The notes beneath the pieces were generated by a model that did no database searches, was not told where the DNA came from, and worked only from the letters and a program-made list of their open reading frames with translations. Positions 38,420-50,762 of a stretch of DNA of 64,000 nt are shown one piece after another (the first letter of the stretch is position 1; the number at the start of each line of letters is the position of its first letter). The position numbers and the translations under genes were made by a program. Source of the stretch: Octopus sinensis (taxonomy: Eukaryota); contig NC_043008.1 of assembly GCF_006345805.1 (NCBI RefSeq), positions 63,178,001 to 63,242,000 of the forward strand, in the 5' to 3' direction.

Positions 38420-39571
38420 CAGACCGTCAGCTTACTCAAGAAATGAAGAGGCACGCTGTTATTGTGGTTATAAAGGCTGAGCTTAGTGATTTAGAAATAT
38501 CTTGATTTTTAAAGTTGCCAGATTTCGTCTACAAAGTTTGTAAGGAGCTGGAGACTGAAAATGGAAACTTATCACCAGTATTAAAACATAAAAAGTAATT
38601 CCAAACACCTCGAAATCATTAGAACACTTGCATTTATCCAACAAGTTCAAAAGACCATTGATTACAATCCCAGTAAATCCATGAGGTCAATTGCAAAAGA
38701 TCTCTAGGTGTCAGAAGGAACAGTCAGAAATTTTATCCGCGAAGACATCAGATAAAAGTCTTATATGATGAGGAAATGTCAATTTGCCAGAAAAAGCAAT
38801 AGAAAATCACTACATCAGATCTAAAAGGCTCTTAAACAAACTGAAAAATCCAGCAGAAGATTTGATTTGGTTTTTCTCAAATAGAAAAACTTCGATCAAG
38901 ATCAAAAAGTTAACAGAAGAAATGACAGATGGTTATGTGCAGACCCTTCTGAAGTTCCAAGTATTATGCACACAAAATTTCTTCAAACTATCATGGTTTT
39001 AGGGGTTGTTAGCAATAAAAGACATGTGATGCCTTCTTTCTTCTTTCCACAAGACTTTAGAGTTAACTCTGTCCCCTACATTGAGGTCCTGGAAATAACT
39101 GTTAACCCCTGCATAGACAGTATGTGCAATAGAAAGCCATATGTGTTTCAGTAAGATTCTGCACTATCACATGTAGCTCTAATAATACAAGAAAGGATAG
39201 CTGAAAATTTTTACATAGCCCCTAACATTTGGCCTCCTAATTCCCCAGTTCTCAATCCATTGGACTATTACATGAAGAGTGTTCTTGAGAGAGAGGTCAA
39301 TGAACATGCCCATAACACCAAAGATTATTTGGAAGCTGTCATAGTCAGAATAACATCCAAAATGAACCAGGACCACTGATTCGAGCATGTAGATGATTTA
39401 GATCTCATATAGACGCATATAAACTGAAGGTGGCTTTATTAAATAACATTATAGAAAAGAAGGTTTATTTTTTTATACTCAGCATTTTTTGATAAATAAA
39501 ATTATTATCTGTTATTATATATCTGTTTTTTTATAAACATAAATCTTTCTTCAAATATCTTATGCACCCTG
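38420..39571 (+). mobile_element. Decayed maT/DD37D-like Tc1-mariner transposon
   Basis: MKRHAVIV, IMVLGVVSN, YVFQ*DSA, WPPNSPVLNPLDY; right end ttatgcaccctg|TA; left TIR not seen. Confidence 0.87.
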
Positions 39572-39656
39572 TATATAATTAAGAAAGGAAGCTTTATGTG
39601 GTCACTTCCTTGGTATACATAGCAGCTAAATCTGACTCAGATTATGATTTACTACC

Positions 39657-40240
39657 TTAATCCTTTTGTTATTATATTTCCAGTGAAATACATTCAATTT
39701 GAATTAATTTTGAAAAGAATTTATCAATATTGAAAAGAATTTATCAATATAACTTTTGTATTATTAAGCTGGTGTTTTGAATCCTCCTCATCATCATCAC
39801 CAAAATTTAATGTCCGTTTTTCATGTTGGTATGGGCTGGACAGCTTGACAGGAACTGGATAAGCCAGGGATTGCATCAGGTTCCGTAGTCAGTTTTGGCT
39901 TGATTTCTACAGCTCAATGTCTCTCTTAATTACAACCACTCCACAAATGTACTTTGTGCTCTTTATATGACACCATTACCATTGCTTTTTATGTGGCATC
40001 AGCTCCAACACTAATGCTTTTAATGTGGCATCTCAGTTCTAGGAACTCAATTGTGTTATGATGGGTGGGTCTTCTCAAGTACAGCAATGCACCACATGTC
40101 TCAGTCTGCTGTCATCTCCTTCATAAGGTTCATATATTAGTATGGAATTTTGATGTAAAGTTTCGATTTAAATCACTCTAAAACAGGGAATTTGCATCAT
40201 AGAACAGGACTTCAGTCAATGTGGTGTCAAAAGATTTAAC
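39657..40240 (+). mobile_element. piggyBac-like MITE split by an old RTE 3' end (about 39783-40135, minus)
   Basis: Flanks match 26334-26563; 20-bp tandem duplication at 39711-39750. Confidence 0.6.
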
Positions 40241-40404
40241 AGAGATAGAGATAATGTAATCCCAGACGTAAAATTCTTTTTGAACGAAAGATAAAAGTGG
40301 TCACATCACAGCTGGGATGTATTTCATTATAGGTATGCTCAGTCATGGCTCGCCTGGAGATATGCAACAACAGCAGCAATATGAATAATAATGAAGAAAT
40401 ATAA

Positions 40405-40500
40405 GTTCTAGGATCGATTTAGTCGATTTGCTCGACTAAAGGCAGTGCTCTCTCATGGCCGCAGTCACATGGCTGAAACAAGTAAAAGAGTAAAAGAGAG
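40405..40500 (+). mobile_element. SINE-B 3' tail fragment
   Basis: gctcgactaaaggcagtgctc...gtaaaagagtaaaagag. Confidence 0.85.
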
Positions 40501-41950
40501 CAAAGAGATGATTAATATAGTAATCTGGACCAAACTTTGGTGAGTAAGTGACAGACCAAACAGTATCTAAACATGTCATTTAGTCATTAGATTTGCTTCA
40601 GGCACAAATGTGTACTTTCCATATGAGACATTTGAGTGTTCTGCAAATTGAAAAATGACTAATATTGACATAGAAATAGATATAGAAATATTGATGGTAA
40701 TTTGTAGTCTGTGTTGTGTAAAAATTCATATTTATTTCATATTAATTTAGCCAATAACTTTTTCCTGGCACAAATATATAGTTTTTGAACAGAGGCATGA
40801 GAATGTTCTGTGAATTGAATAACTACTAATATTGATGTAGAACAAGTTATAGAAATACTCAAGGTATATTTATATAATGTTTTATATAAAAATTCATATT
40901 TTCGTGTTTCATACTTTACCAAATTTCAATAAAATGTTTAGCATTAGCGGAAGTGGAGGTGCCTTAAGACTAACTGGGAATTCTGAGAATAACTGCCAAC
41001 AGAGGTTTTAAGCTACCTTGGGAAAATTTCAAAAGAATTTTTACAGACTATAATAATAGTAAACTTAGGCAGTCAAGTAATGAAGCTGGAATTATGTATT
41101 TTGAAAGGAGAATAAAGCAGGGCATAAAAGAATGCAACATAACGTCACTTGAGACTAATGAATTTCATAATTGATGTTATAGGAAGGCATTGTTCTAATG
41201 AGCTCTCTACGAGTTAATACTCTTCTATTTCTCTTTCTCTTTTTCCTCATGTCCATTTATCTGTTTTCTGTTAATTCAATAAATCCTTTCCTGAATTTTT
41301 ATTGGTTGGAAGAGATTAATTCCCAAACTCAGTTTTGTTGAAATTTTTACTCAGAGCAATTTGTTTCAAAATTATTACTAATTTAATGAATATCTTAAAT
41401 GAAACAAAAACAACAATACTACCTCAAGCTTGAATCAAAATTGCATTATTCTTATTTTCTCCAACAAACTATCCAAACCTTAGAGAATACTTTAATGGAT
41501 GGCATATCAAAAGTGTTTCAAATGTGAATTAATGATTTTAAAACTGGCGCAACAGTAATAGAAGGAATCAGAAGAAGCAGTGAAGTCGAATTCTAAATTT
41601 ACATATCTGACCATTACAAACAATAATTTATAAGATAATAGCATAATTCATTTTCTCAAATTTATTCAAATATTTCTTTTTCCTGGCTTGCAATGGCAGA
41701 AAATCAAAATATTCAATCTTTTTCATAAAGATTAAACATTCAAAGATATGAATCAGTCAATAGTTCCTTAAATCATATCAAATTATCACTAAATGCTTTC
41801 TTAAAACAAATTTCAATATTTTCTCATTCCTAGCCTCTGTAGCGATAAAACAAAAACCTCATGAATTTAAGCTAAATTCTACAACACGCTTCAAAGATCA
41901 CAAAGACTTTAAATACAGAATACTGCAGTAATGATAATTCACAGCACTTT

Positions 41951-42193
41951 CTAGCTACCATACATACATGCATGTATACATACATACACATTCACATACA
42001 TACGTACATACATACATACATACATACATACATGCATACATACATAACACACATTCATACACACACATTCATATACATACACACATACACATGCACACAC
42101 AGACATATATATATATACATATATACATATACATGCATATACATACATATATATATAGATACATACATACATTTATATATATATGTATAGACA

Positions 42194-42255
<62 letters not shown>

Positions 42256-42567
42256 GATATATATATATAATATATAATTATAATTCAGAGACTTCCTAGC
42301 TATCATACATACATACATACATGCATACATACATACATAACACACATTCATACATACACATTCATATACATACACATGCACACACACACACATATACATA
42401 TATACATACACATACATATATATATATATATAGATACATACATACATACATATCACACATTCATATACATACATGCATACACACACACACACATATACAT
42501 ATATACATGCACATACATATACATATATATAGGTAGATAGATACATACATTTATATATGTGTATACA

Positions 42568-42601
<34 letters not shown>

Positions 42602-42640
42602 CATATACACACATATGTATGTATGTATGTGTACAATTCT
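41951..42640. repeat. Tandem duplication (about 345-bp period) of a compound microsatellite
   Basis: Anchor CTAGCTAYCATACATAC at 41951 and 42296; same order of motifs. Confidence 0.8.
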
Positions 42641-43127
42641 CAAGATAAAGTACACAGGCATAATTACATTAATGTTTATAGTTTTTTTTACATTGTAATA
42701 AGAATAAACATATTTTGAATAAAAGACTTTTGTCACTCGCTTCCAGCCTCCTCTCTGACAAACCCCACTTCCTTGTTTACAGAGAACTATGGTGTCCATA
42801 ATCAGACTCTGTTATTTAATAATACATATTAGTATTAAAACAAAAATAATAAAATAAAATGGTATATGCATTATTTTCTATTCACTATAATAAAGCAATT
42901 GTTTTAGTCCCAGCAAAGTATTGCAAATCAAATAATTTGCCAAACATGTTAATTTATTTTAATTAAAGAAAGGATTCTCAGTTCAATGTTTGTCTATCAC
43001 ACTAGCCACGTGACTACTTTCTATAATTGTAATTTATTTTTGTTTTTGCCTGTTCTCATCAATAATCACTTTCTTGTCCTTCAAATCCTCCTCCAGTTTT
43101 TTACATTCTCCTCTCCACTCTGTCTGT

Positions 43128-43400
43128 GGAGGCACATGGCCTAGAGGTTAGAGCTGTGGATTGCGGTCAAGGGATTGCAGGTTCGAATCTCAGACCAGGT
43201 GATGTGTGTGTTTATGAGTGAAAACATCTAAGCTCCACTCAGCTCTGGCAGAAGATAATGGCAAACTTCTACTGACTCTTTCGCCCCAACTTTCTCTCAC
43301 TCTTTCCTCCAGCATCTTGCAGCTCACCTGCGACGGACCGGCGTCCCATCCAGGTGGGGAACCTATGCACCAAGGAAACCAGGAGACTGGCCCTAATGAA
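43128..43400 (+). mobile_element. tRNA-derived SINE (C-related head)
   Basis: ggaggcacatggcctagaggttagag...caggttcgaatctc; tail shared with 19613-19868. Confidence 0.82.
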
Positions 43401-43779
43401 CCAGACATGGATCGAGAAGGAACAAACAAAAAAAAAACTCCACTCTGTCTGCTTTTCGTCCTCATTCCATTTCTCTTCCTTATTTCTCCAAGTTTCTCTC
43501 TCCTTCTCTTTCCTCTGTACATATGGAACTCCCATAGTTTTGGGTTCCTCAACAGCTGCAGCCACTCTCTCAAATATAGAGAATATAAAACTCCACTGTC
43601 TTTAATTTCTCTCCCTGTCATCTTTTGCCTGAAAAAGAACTCTGAAGCATTGGATATTCTACTCCCATTAGCAATTTCACTGTACATTTTTTCAGTTGAT
43701 TTTTCTAAATAATGCATGCCCTCCTCCTTCTCCCCTCCCCTCTCACTCCCCCCTCTCTCTCTCTCTTATGAGATAAGGA

Positions 43780-44095
43780 GGTCATATTTATCTTCAGAAA
43801 CACACCTGTTCCTATTCCCCCTTTCATACTTTCCCTCATTACTATACCCCACTCAGTTGTAGTGGAGGGGTACTTTTCTTGAGGTACTTGGTGATCACAC
43901 AAGTGTAGGTGTCACGAAAACACGCACTTAGTAAACTCTGTGAAGAGGCTGGCATTAAGAAGGACATTTCCCTGTTAAAACCATATCACAGCTAACACTG
44001 GAACTTGGTAGAGATTGTCAGTTCTTGCCGAACGGTCCAACCCAACCTAGCATGGTAACAGGGGCATTAAGTGATGATGAGGATGAAGATGTTGG
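43780..44095 (+). mobile_element. Old RTE 3' end
   Basis: Diverged family D core ending in (GAT)n. Confidence 0.5.
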
Positions 44096-44154
44096 TTCTA
44101 TATACATGTGTGAGTGTGTATGTACACACATGCACACTAATATATATATATATA

Positions 44155-45390
44155 TATTGGGTCATCCCATAAATAATGTGGTTTTTTTACACTTTTTTTA
44201 TATTTCAAAATTAAAATAAACAAAGTTTTTTTAAAATCTGAAATATACTCTCCTTCATTTTCCACAATGCTCTTCCAATAATCTGGTAGACTTGCAAGGC
44301 CCCTCTTCCAAAATTTACTTATCCATGATGAAAAATACTCCTCCAATACTGTTCTGACCTCATCTACAGAATTCATAGTTCTTTTCTATCCAAATGATTT
44401 TGAAGACTGCCGAATAAATAATAATCAGATGGGGCAATGTCCAGCAAATATGATGAGTGGTGCATCGTTGCTCATTCAAACTACTCCAGCCTTTCGAATG
44501 TCATCCTTGCTGTATGTGGCAGAGCATTATCCTGATAGAAAAACACCTTTCATCTTGAAACCAAAAATGGTCATTTTTATTTTAGCACTGACTTAAGCCA
44601 CTTGCAGTGGATCTACTTTGTTATCATTTGGTTTGGTTTTAAAAGTTCCAAGTGGACCTAACCTTTCATATCTCACCAAACAGATAACAACACTCGATAT
44701 TGATGAAGACCTCCTTCAGCCTGGGGTGCCAGAGTTTCTCTTTTCCCTACCCACTATCTTTGGCGCTTGACATTTGTATAGAGAACCCATTTCCCATCAC
44801 TAGTCACTATTCAGTCCCAAAAAGGTTCATTTGTGAGACGTGACAGTAAAGAAGAGTACACATTCACTCTCTGTATGCGATTAGATCTGATAAGTTTGTG
44901 AGGAACCCATTGACCTAATTTGTTGACTTTTCCGATGGCATGTCGGAATCGATGAATGGTTGAATGACCAAATTTTATCTTGTCTGCTAGTTCCTCAACA
45001 GTTATGATGGGATTTTGTTCCACCAGGGTTTCCAGGATGTCCTCATTGAGTTCTACAGATCTCCCGAGATGAGGCTCGTCTTCTAGGCTGTATTTTCCAG
45101 CTTGGAATTTTTGGAATCACCACTGACACTGGCTCACACTTATTGTCTGATTCCCATATATTACATTAACAGTCCTCACGTTTTCCATTGCGTTGTTGCC
45201 CGTATTGAACTCATAAAGCAAAATATGCCAAAAATGCTCCTTTGTTGCTTTTGTTGTAGCTTTGAAAAAATAACTGTTAAAATTACTACTTGCTTTTATA
45301 GGAAGTTGATACAGGTAGTTTATCCCGTCCCTCTCTGACTTTTAGCTCATGCAATTGAAAAATCCACATTATCTATGGGATGAACTAACA
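44155..45390 (-). mobile_element. Near full-length decayed mariner (DD34D type)
   Basis: Imperfect TIRs (TCATCCCATARATAATGTGG core) between (TA)n tracts; WVPHKL, IVTSDGKW, QDNALPH, DIAPSDY. Confidence 0.93.
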
Positions 45391-45404
45391 TATATATATA
45401 TATA

Positions 45405-45694
45405 TAATAAATATTAGGGAATAAATCCAAATTTACAGGGAAAAAATCAGATTTAGGATTAAATCCAATTTTATAGTAAAATATTATAAAATATTATTAG
45501 AGACAAAACCACTATTTTGCAAAACAAACAAGGAAACATAATTTGAAACTGACTTATTGGAAGTCCACCTGAAGATTGTCGATCAAGACAAGTAACAATT
45601 GTAGTGGCGGTTTTTTTGACTATTTATTAAAATTTTATGTATTGATTAAGTCTTTCCTTGTTTGTTTTGCAAAATAGTGGTTTTGTCTCTAATA

Positions 45695-45704
<10 letters not shown>
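45405..45704. mobile_element. Penelope-like pLTR with inverted partial copy
   Basis: Perfect 52-bp inverted repeat 45485-45536/45653-45704; hammerhead motif in the 116-bp spacer. Confidence 0.7.
45565..45607 (+). ncRNA. Minimal type I hammerhead ribozyme motif (GAAA core reads GTAA)
   Basis: CCAC-CTGAAGA-TTGTC gatcaa GACAA-GTAAC aatt GTA-GTGG: stems I, II and III all pair. Confidence 0.65.
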
Positions 45705-45743
<39 letters not shown>

Positions 45744-45817
45744 ATGTTTATATTTATATATATATATATATATATATATAAACATACACACACATACAGA
45801 TATATATATATATATAG

Positions 45818-46205
45818 CAGCAAAATCAAGGAACGGCCATAATAGGCCATTCACCCACTAGAAATAACAGCCAAGGCTTCAACCGCAAAACAACATCAAT
45901 TCCGTAAACCAGGAGAAAATTTAAAAAATATTTACCCTGTAATTCTTTATACGATGCACCGTTTCTTCTGTTGTTTAATGGTAAACTAACCTGATTAAAT
46001 TAAATCAAGCTAGCTTGATTTAATTTAATCAGGTTAGTTTACCATTAAACAACAGAAGAAACGGTGCATCGTATAAAGAATTACAGGGTAAATATTTTTT
46101 TAATTTTCTCCTGGTTTACGGAATTGATGTTGTTTTGCGGTTGAAGCCTTGGCTGTTATTTCTAGTGGGTGAATGGCCTATTATGGCCGTTCCTTGATTT
46201 TGCTG
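45818..46205. repeat. 388-bp spacerless palindrome
   Basis: Two 194-bp arms, centre AAGCT|AGCTT at 46011/46012; one mismatch found by hand. Confidence 0.97.
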
Positions 46206-46246
46206 TTGAATTTATAAATGGTCTATGACTATTTAATTTTTTCCCA

Positions 46247-46291
46247 CTAGGCCGCTGGTGGCAAAAAAATTCTGCGAAATTTTTTGCCACC
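46247..46291 (-). mobile_element. Helitron-like 3' terminus (hairpin then CTAG|T)
   Basis: 12-bp stem 46257-46268/46280-46291; on the minus strand followed by 6 nt, CTAG, T. Confidence 0.4.
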
Positions 46292-47956
46292 CTATATTGA
46301 TTAATTATATATATATATATTATATATATATATATATATATAATATATATATATACATATACATACATAATACATATATATGTGTGTATATGTATGAATT
46401 TATAAATTCTTAGAAATTGTTATTTATCATATAGATTAATGCATCTATGTATGTACCTTGTATACCATGGAGAATTTCACTAACATAGATTGGATGAATA
46501 TATACATCACCCTTTGACTTTCTTTTCTCTCCTCCTTAATTCTATACATACATATCTATATATATAAATGTATTACACATATATGTACACGTATGCATAC
46601 ATATTATTTAGAAATATGTATGTATATATATGCATATATTGTGTGTGTTAAGCATGTGTGTATGTGCATTCGTGTGTCTTTATTTTATTATGTATTTAAA
46701 ATTTTGTTTCATATGTTGCTATAAAATAAATCATTTGTAAATCCACATTCCCCCATGATTGATACCCCCTCCTTCTCCTTATTCAGTTTCTTTGCATTAT
46801 TTCTGCTCTTGTCTTCTACAAAATTAGAGAATAAATTACTGGTTAGCACCACTGACTTGTTGGCGTTAGTCAGTTAATGAAAACTGTCTAGATGCTTCCT
46901 TGGCCAGGTCTTTTACACAGCTAACCTATGTACATTTATTGAAAAATCTTTCCCAAATGCAGTCAATTTTCATTTGAATTGATACAGAAATATGGAGCCT
47001 ATTGACAATTTTCTTTCTGCAATTCCAGCATTTTAATTGTAAATAGTTAATTTAATGTTTCTATTGTCAGTGGAGCCTTTCCTTCGTATAAACTCTTTTG
47101 CATTTTCTTATCTCTCTTCACTCCCTCTTTTTCACTTTATCCCTCTTTATTTCTCTTCTCCTCTTTCCATCTCTCTTGCTATTCCTTCCTCTGTCTTTTC
47201 CATTATATATTCATGAATAAGATAATGCTGTAGAACTCTCTTTTAGCAAGCATTATGTGTGGTTTAACTGCATTTTGATTTTGCTTTATTTATTAGTTTA
47301 GATTATTTAACTTAGAAGACTCTTCCTTTTGTCTCTTTCAGGAATCATTATAGAAATGTTTTATGCTCTTCATGAATAGCTAATCTTCTGAAATAATACA
47401 ATATAACGTTGGCAGCATTCTCAGAATAATTTAATAGTTGTTAATTCGATACATTATATATAGTTAAATGATATTTAATGGGGGTGGTAGGAGAGAGTAA
47501 GAAAATGGTCTTCAACAAATAGGACAAAATGAAAATGTACGCATACACGAGATTTAAGATTAACATATATATATATATATATGTTTGCATGCATATGTAA
47601 ACAGATGAATATATATATATGTATACACGTTTGTGTGCGTGAGTGTAAGTCTAAATAACTTGGACATGCATACATATGTGTGGCAGTGTATATGTGTGTT
47701 TAGTTAGTTTCCTTAAAAGTACACATTCTATACAGCGATAATAAATAGACACTATAACAAAAGACTAAAGTGGTTGAGAATATAGCAAAGGAAATAGATG
47801 TATTCTATCTTCATGAAATGATCAACAAATAGATGGCTGCTCTAGAATTCCTGGTAGAATTACTTTTACCAGGAAGAACAATAAATAAATAAATACAACA
47901 TAACATAATATAATATAATATAATATATATATATAAATATATACATACATATATAT

Positions 47957-48026
<70 letters not shown>

Positions 48027-48938
48027 ATATATATATGCACACGCACAAACAAAATGGGGAAAAAAATTATTGAATATAAGATTTATTTAAAGATTTTTTC
48101 TCCCTTTAAAATCCATAAGAAGAATACAGTCTCGTTTTTCTATCCACCTGATTTGGCACAGTTGCATACCTTTTTGTTACTTGCATAATCTGAACGGAAA
48201 TAATATTAAAAGACATATCAAAATATAATACATTTTCTTCATTCTTCTCTGAATCAAATATTTTCTAATACCTACAAAGGAATGGGAGTTATTAGAGTAA
48301 TAAGAAGATGCTGAATAGCAGATATTATACTTTAGTCAGGGATTTGATCAAAAGCAAATATTAGCCAGCTATTTACTGTACAATAAATTGATGCAGTGAA
48401 TTATTATTATGTGCAGAATATGACCGACAGAAACATAATGGTGAATAATAACCATAATTTAAAAGTCTTGTTATCTTTAATTTTGCTATAAATTTCCATT
48501 TATTTAATATTATTTTTTGTTTACATTATAATAACTGTCATTCTGGGAACTGACAAACAGTAGTATACACAATATAATTTCGTAGATAAAATATAATGAA
48601 GCAGGATGTTGTCTAACTGAAACAGGATAGTAGTAGAATGACAGTTTTAGAGCAAACAAGCTTAATAAAAGTAGAAAAAGATTACGGTTTCCATAATTAT
48701 ATAGTTATTTCTACTTTGTAAGAAAGAAGGTATGAATCTATTCTTCTGCTCCTTAATCAGTGATGGACAGTAATTAGTATTTAGAGTATTGTGAAAGCTT
48801 AAGAACATTATCACATTAATTAGAATATATTTCATAATAAAACAACTTTACTAATGAAGAACACAATAACATTTTGCAAATTAATTTATTGTGGTTCAAC
48901 TTTTGAAAACTAGCATTTTGCTTCTCTAATTACTTCAG

Positions 48939-49083
48939 CATGTTATTTAAACTATATCGGCATCCTTAATTAAAATGGTACGATGCAAAATATTTAAATA
49001 CCGGACTGAATGTCTTCCTGGTTAAAAAGCAAAATCTGAAGCAACTTGTGGTGGTTTGTGTCAACAAAGCAAGCATCAGGCAG
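48939..49083 (+). other. Exon-like island (145 nt), stops in all frames
   Basis: ctaat..tacttcag acceptor, CAG|gtatgt donor, three CpGs. Confidence 0.3.
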
Positions 49084-49440
49084 GTATGTTGTAAATTTTG
49101 GTTAGTCTATATAAGGTGGGCATATGCGTTTATCTAAATTTGCAAATGTAACACTGTAAAGTAATTAGTATTTTTTATTACTGTTTTTTTGGTCAATTCT
49201 TACTTTGAACAAATTTGGCTTTCATTTCTCCTGTAACAATATCATAACATATTTCTGGGATTCAACCTGTTCGTTACCATAGTTCTACTGAAATACACTG
49301 TCTATGCATTTCAATTCATCTTGGAATTTGAAGCAATTTAGTAAAACAATTGATTTTTAATTAGTAAGATGGTATCCTGGAACATATTGTAATAAATGTT
49401 TCACATAGGAAATTGTGATAGATGGTTTTAATTTGTATAT

Positions 49441-49840
49441 ACTCTTTTACTCTTTTACTTGTTTATTTGACTGCGGCCATGCTAGAGCACTACCTTTAGT
49501 CGAGCAAATCGACCCCAGGACTTATTTTTGTAAGCCTAGTACTTATTCTATCGGTCTCTTTTGTCGAACTGTTAAGTTACAGGGACGTAAACACACCAGC
49601 ATCGGTTGTCAAGTGATGTTGAGGGAACAAACACAGACACACAAACACGTACACACATATATATATACATATATATATATATATACGACAGGCTTCTTTC
49701 AGTTTTTGTCTAACAAATCCACTCACAAGGATTTGGTCATTTTGAGGCTATAGTAGAAGACATTTTCTCAAGGTGCCATGCAGAGGGACTGAACCCGGAA
49801 CCATGTGGTTGGTAAGCAAGCTACTTACCACACAGCCACT
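49441..49840 (-). mobile_element. SINE-B
   Basis: Family match. Confidence 0.92.
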
Positions 49841-50154
49841 TTAGCAGCTCATAGAACCAGGAGCAGTCACAGACAGATTTGCATTCCAAAGTGTTCATTG
49901 ATTATGTATGCTTCTAAATATTTGAGTCATTGTGCCAATGTGAAATGTCAATACCAGTTCAAATGATCCTTTATAATTGGGATATATCTCAAGTCCTCAA
50001 ACTGCATTATTGTAATCTCTGAGGAAATAATTTAGGAATTACATTTCAAATATTTTTATCCAAAACTAAAATCCAATGACTTTTGCTCATTTTCAAATGA
50101 GTAAAACAATAGGGATATTCTGGATGGAATATTTTAAACTGTACTTTAACAGTA

Positions 50155-50762
50155 GTTTCGAATTTTGGTACAAGGCCAGCAATTGTGAAGGAAGGGATAA
50201 GTCAATTACATCATCCCCTGGGCTCAACTGTTACTTATTTTATCGACCCTGAAGGGATGAAAAACAAAGTCTACCCTAGCAACATGTGAACCCAGAACAT
50301 AAAGATGGATGAAATCCTTCTAAGCATTTTGTCTAGCATGCTAACAATTCTTATTTCTTTATTGCCCACAAGGGGCTAAACATAGAGGGGACAAACAAGG
50401 ACAGATAAAGGTATTAAGTCGATTACATCGACCCCGTTGTGTAACTGGTACTTAATTTATTGACCCCGAAAGGATGAAATGCAAAGTCAACCTCGGTGGA
50501 ATTTGAACTCAGAACGTAACGGCAGATGAAATACCTATTTCTTTGCTACCCACAAGAGTCAAACACAGAGAGGACAAACAAGGACAGACAAACGGATTAA
50601 GTCGATTACATCGACCCCAGTGCGCAACTGGTACTTAATTTATCACCCCGAAAGGATGAAAAGCAAAGTCGAGCTCGGTGGAATTAGAACTTAGAACGTA
50701 GCGGCAGACAAAATACTGCTAAGCATTTCACCTGGCATGCTAATAATTCTGCCAGCTCACCA
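50155..50762 (-). mobile_element. SINE-A trimer
   Basis: Two long-tail units followed by an older short-tail unit. Confidence 0.9.

Noticed and set aside
40332-40388. Mini terminal exon MLSHGSPGDMQQQQQYE*
   Set aside because: Very short, partly a CAA/CAG repeat, no supportable upstream exon.
40975-41172. 66-codon stop-free frame (LGILRITANRGFKLPWENF...)
   Set aside because: No convincing splice-site pair or start, no recognisable domain; length attainable by chance.
43190-43717. Overlapping 164-175 aa ORFs on both strands
   Set aside because: They span a SINE and CT-rich low-complexity DNA; no domain recognised.
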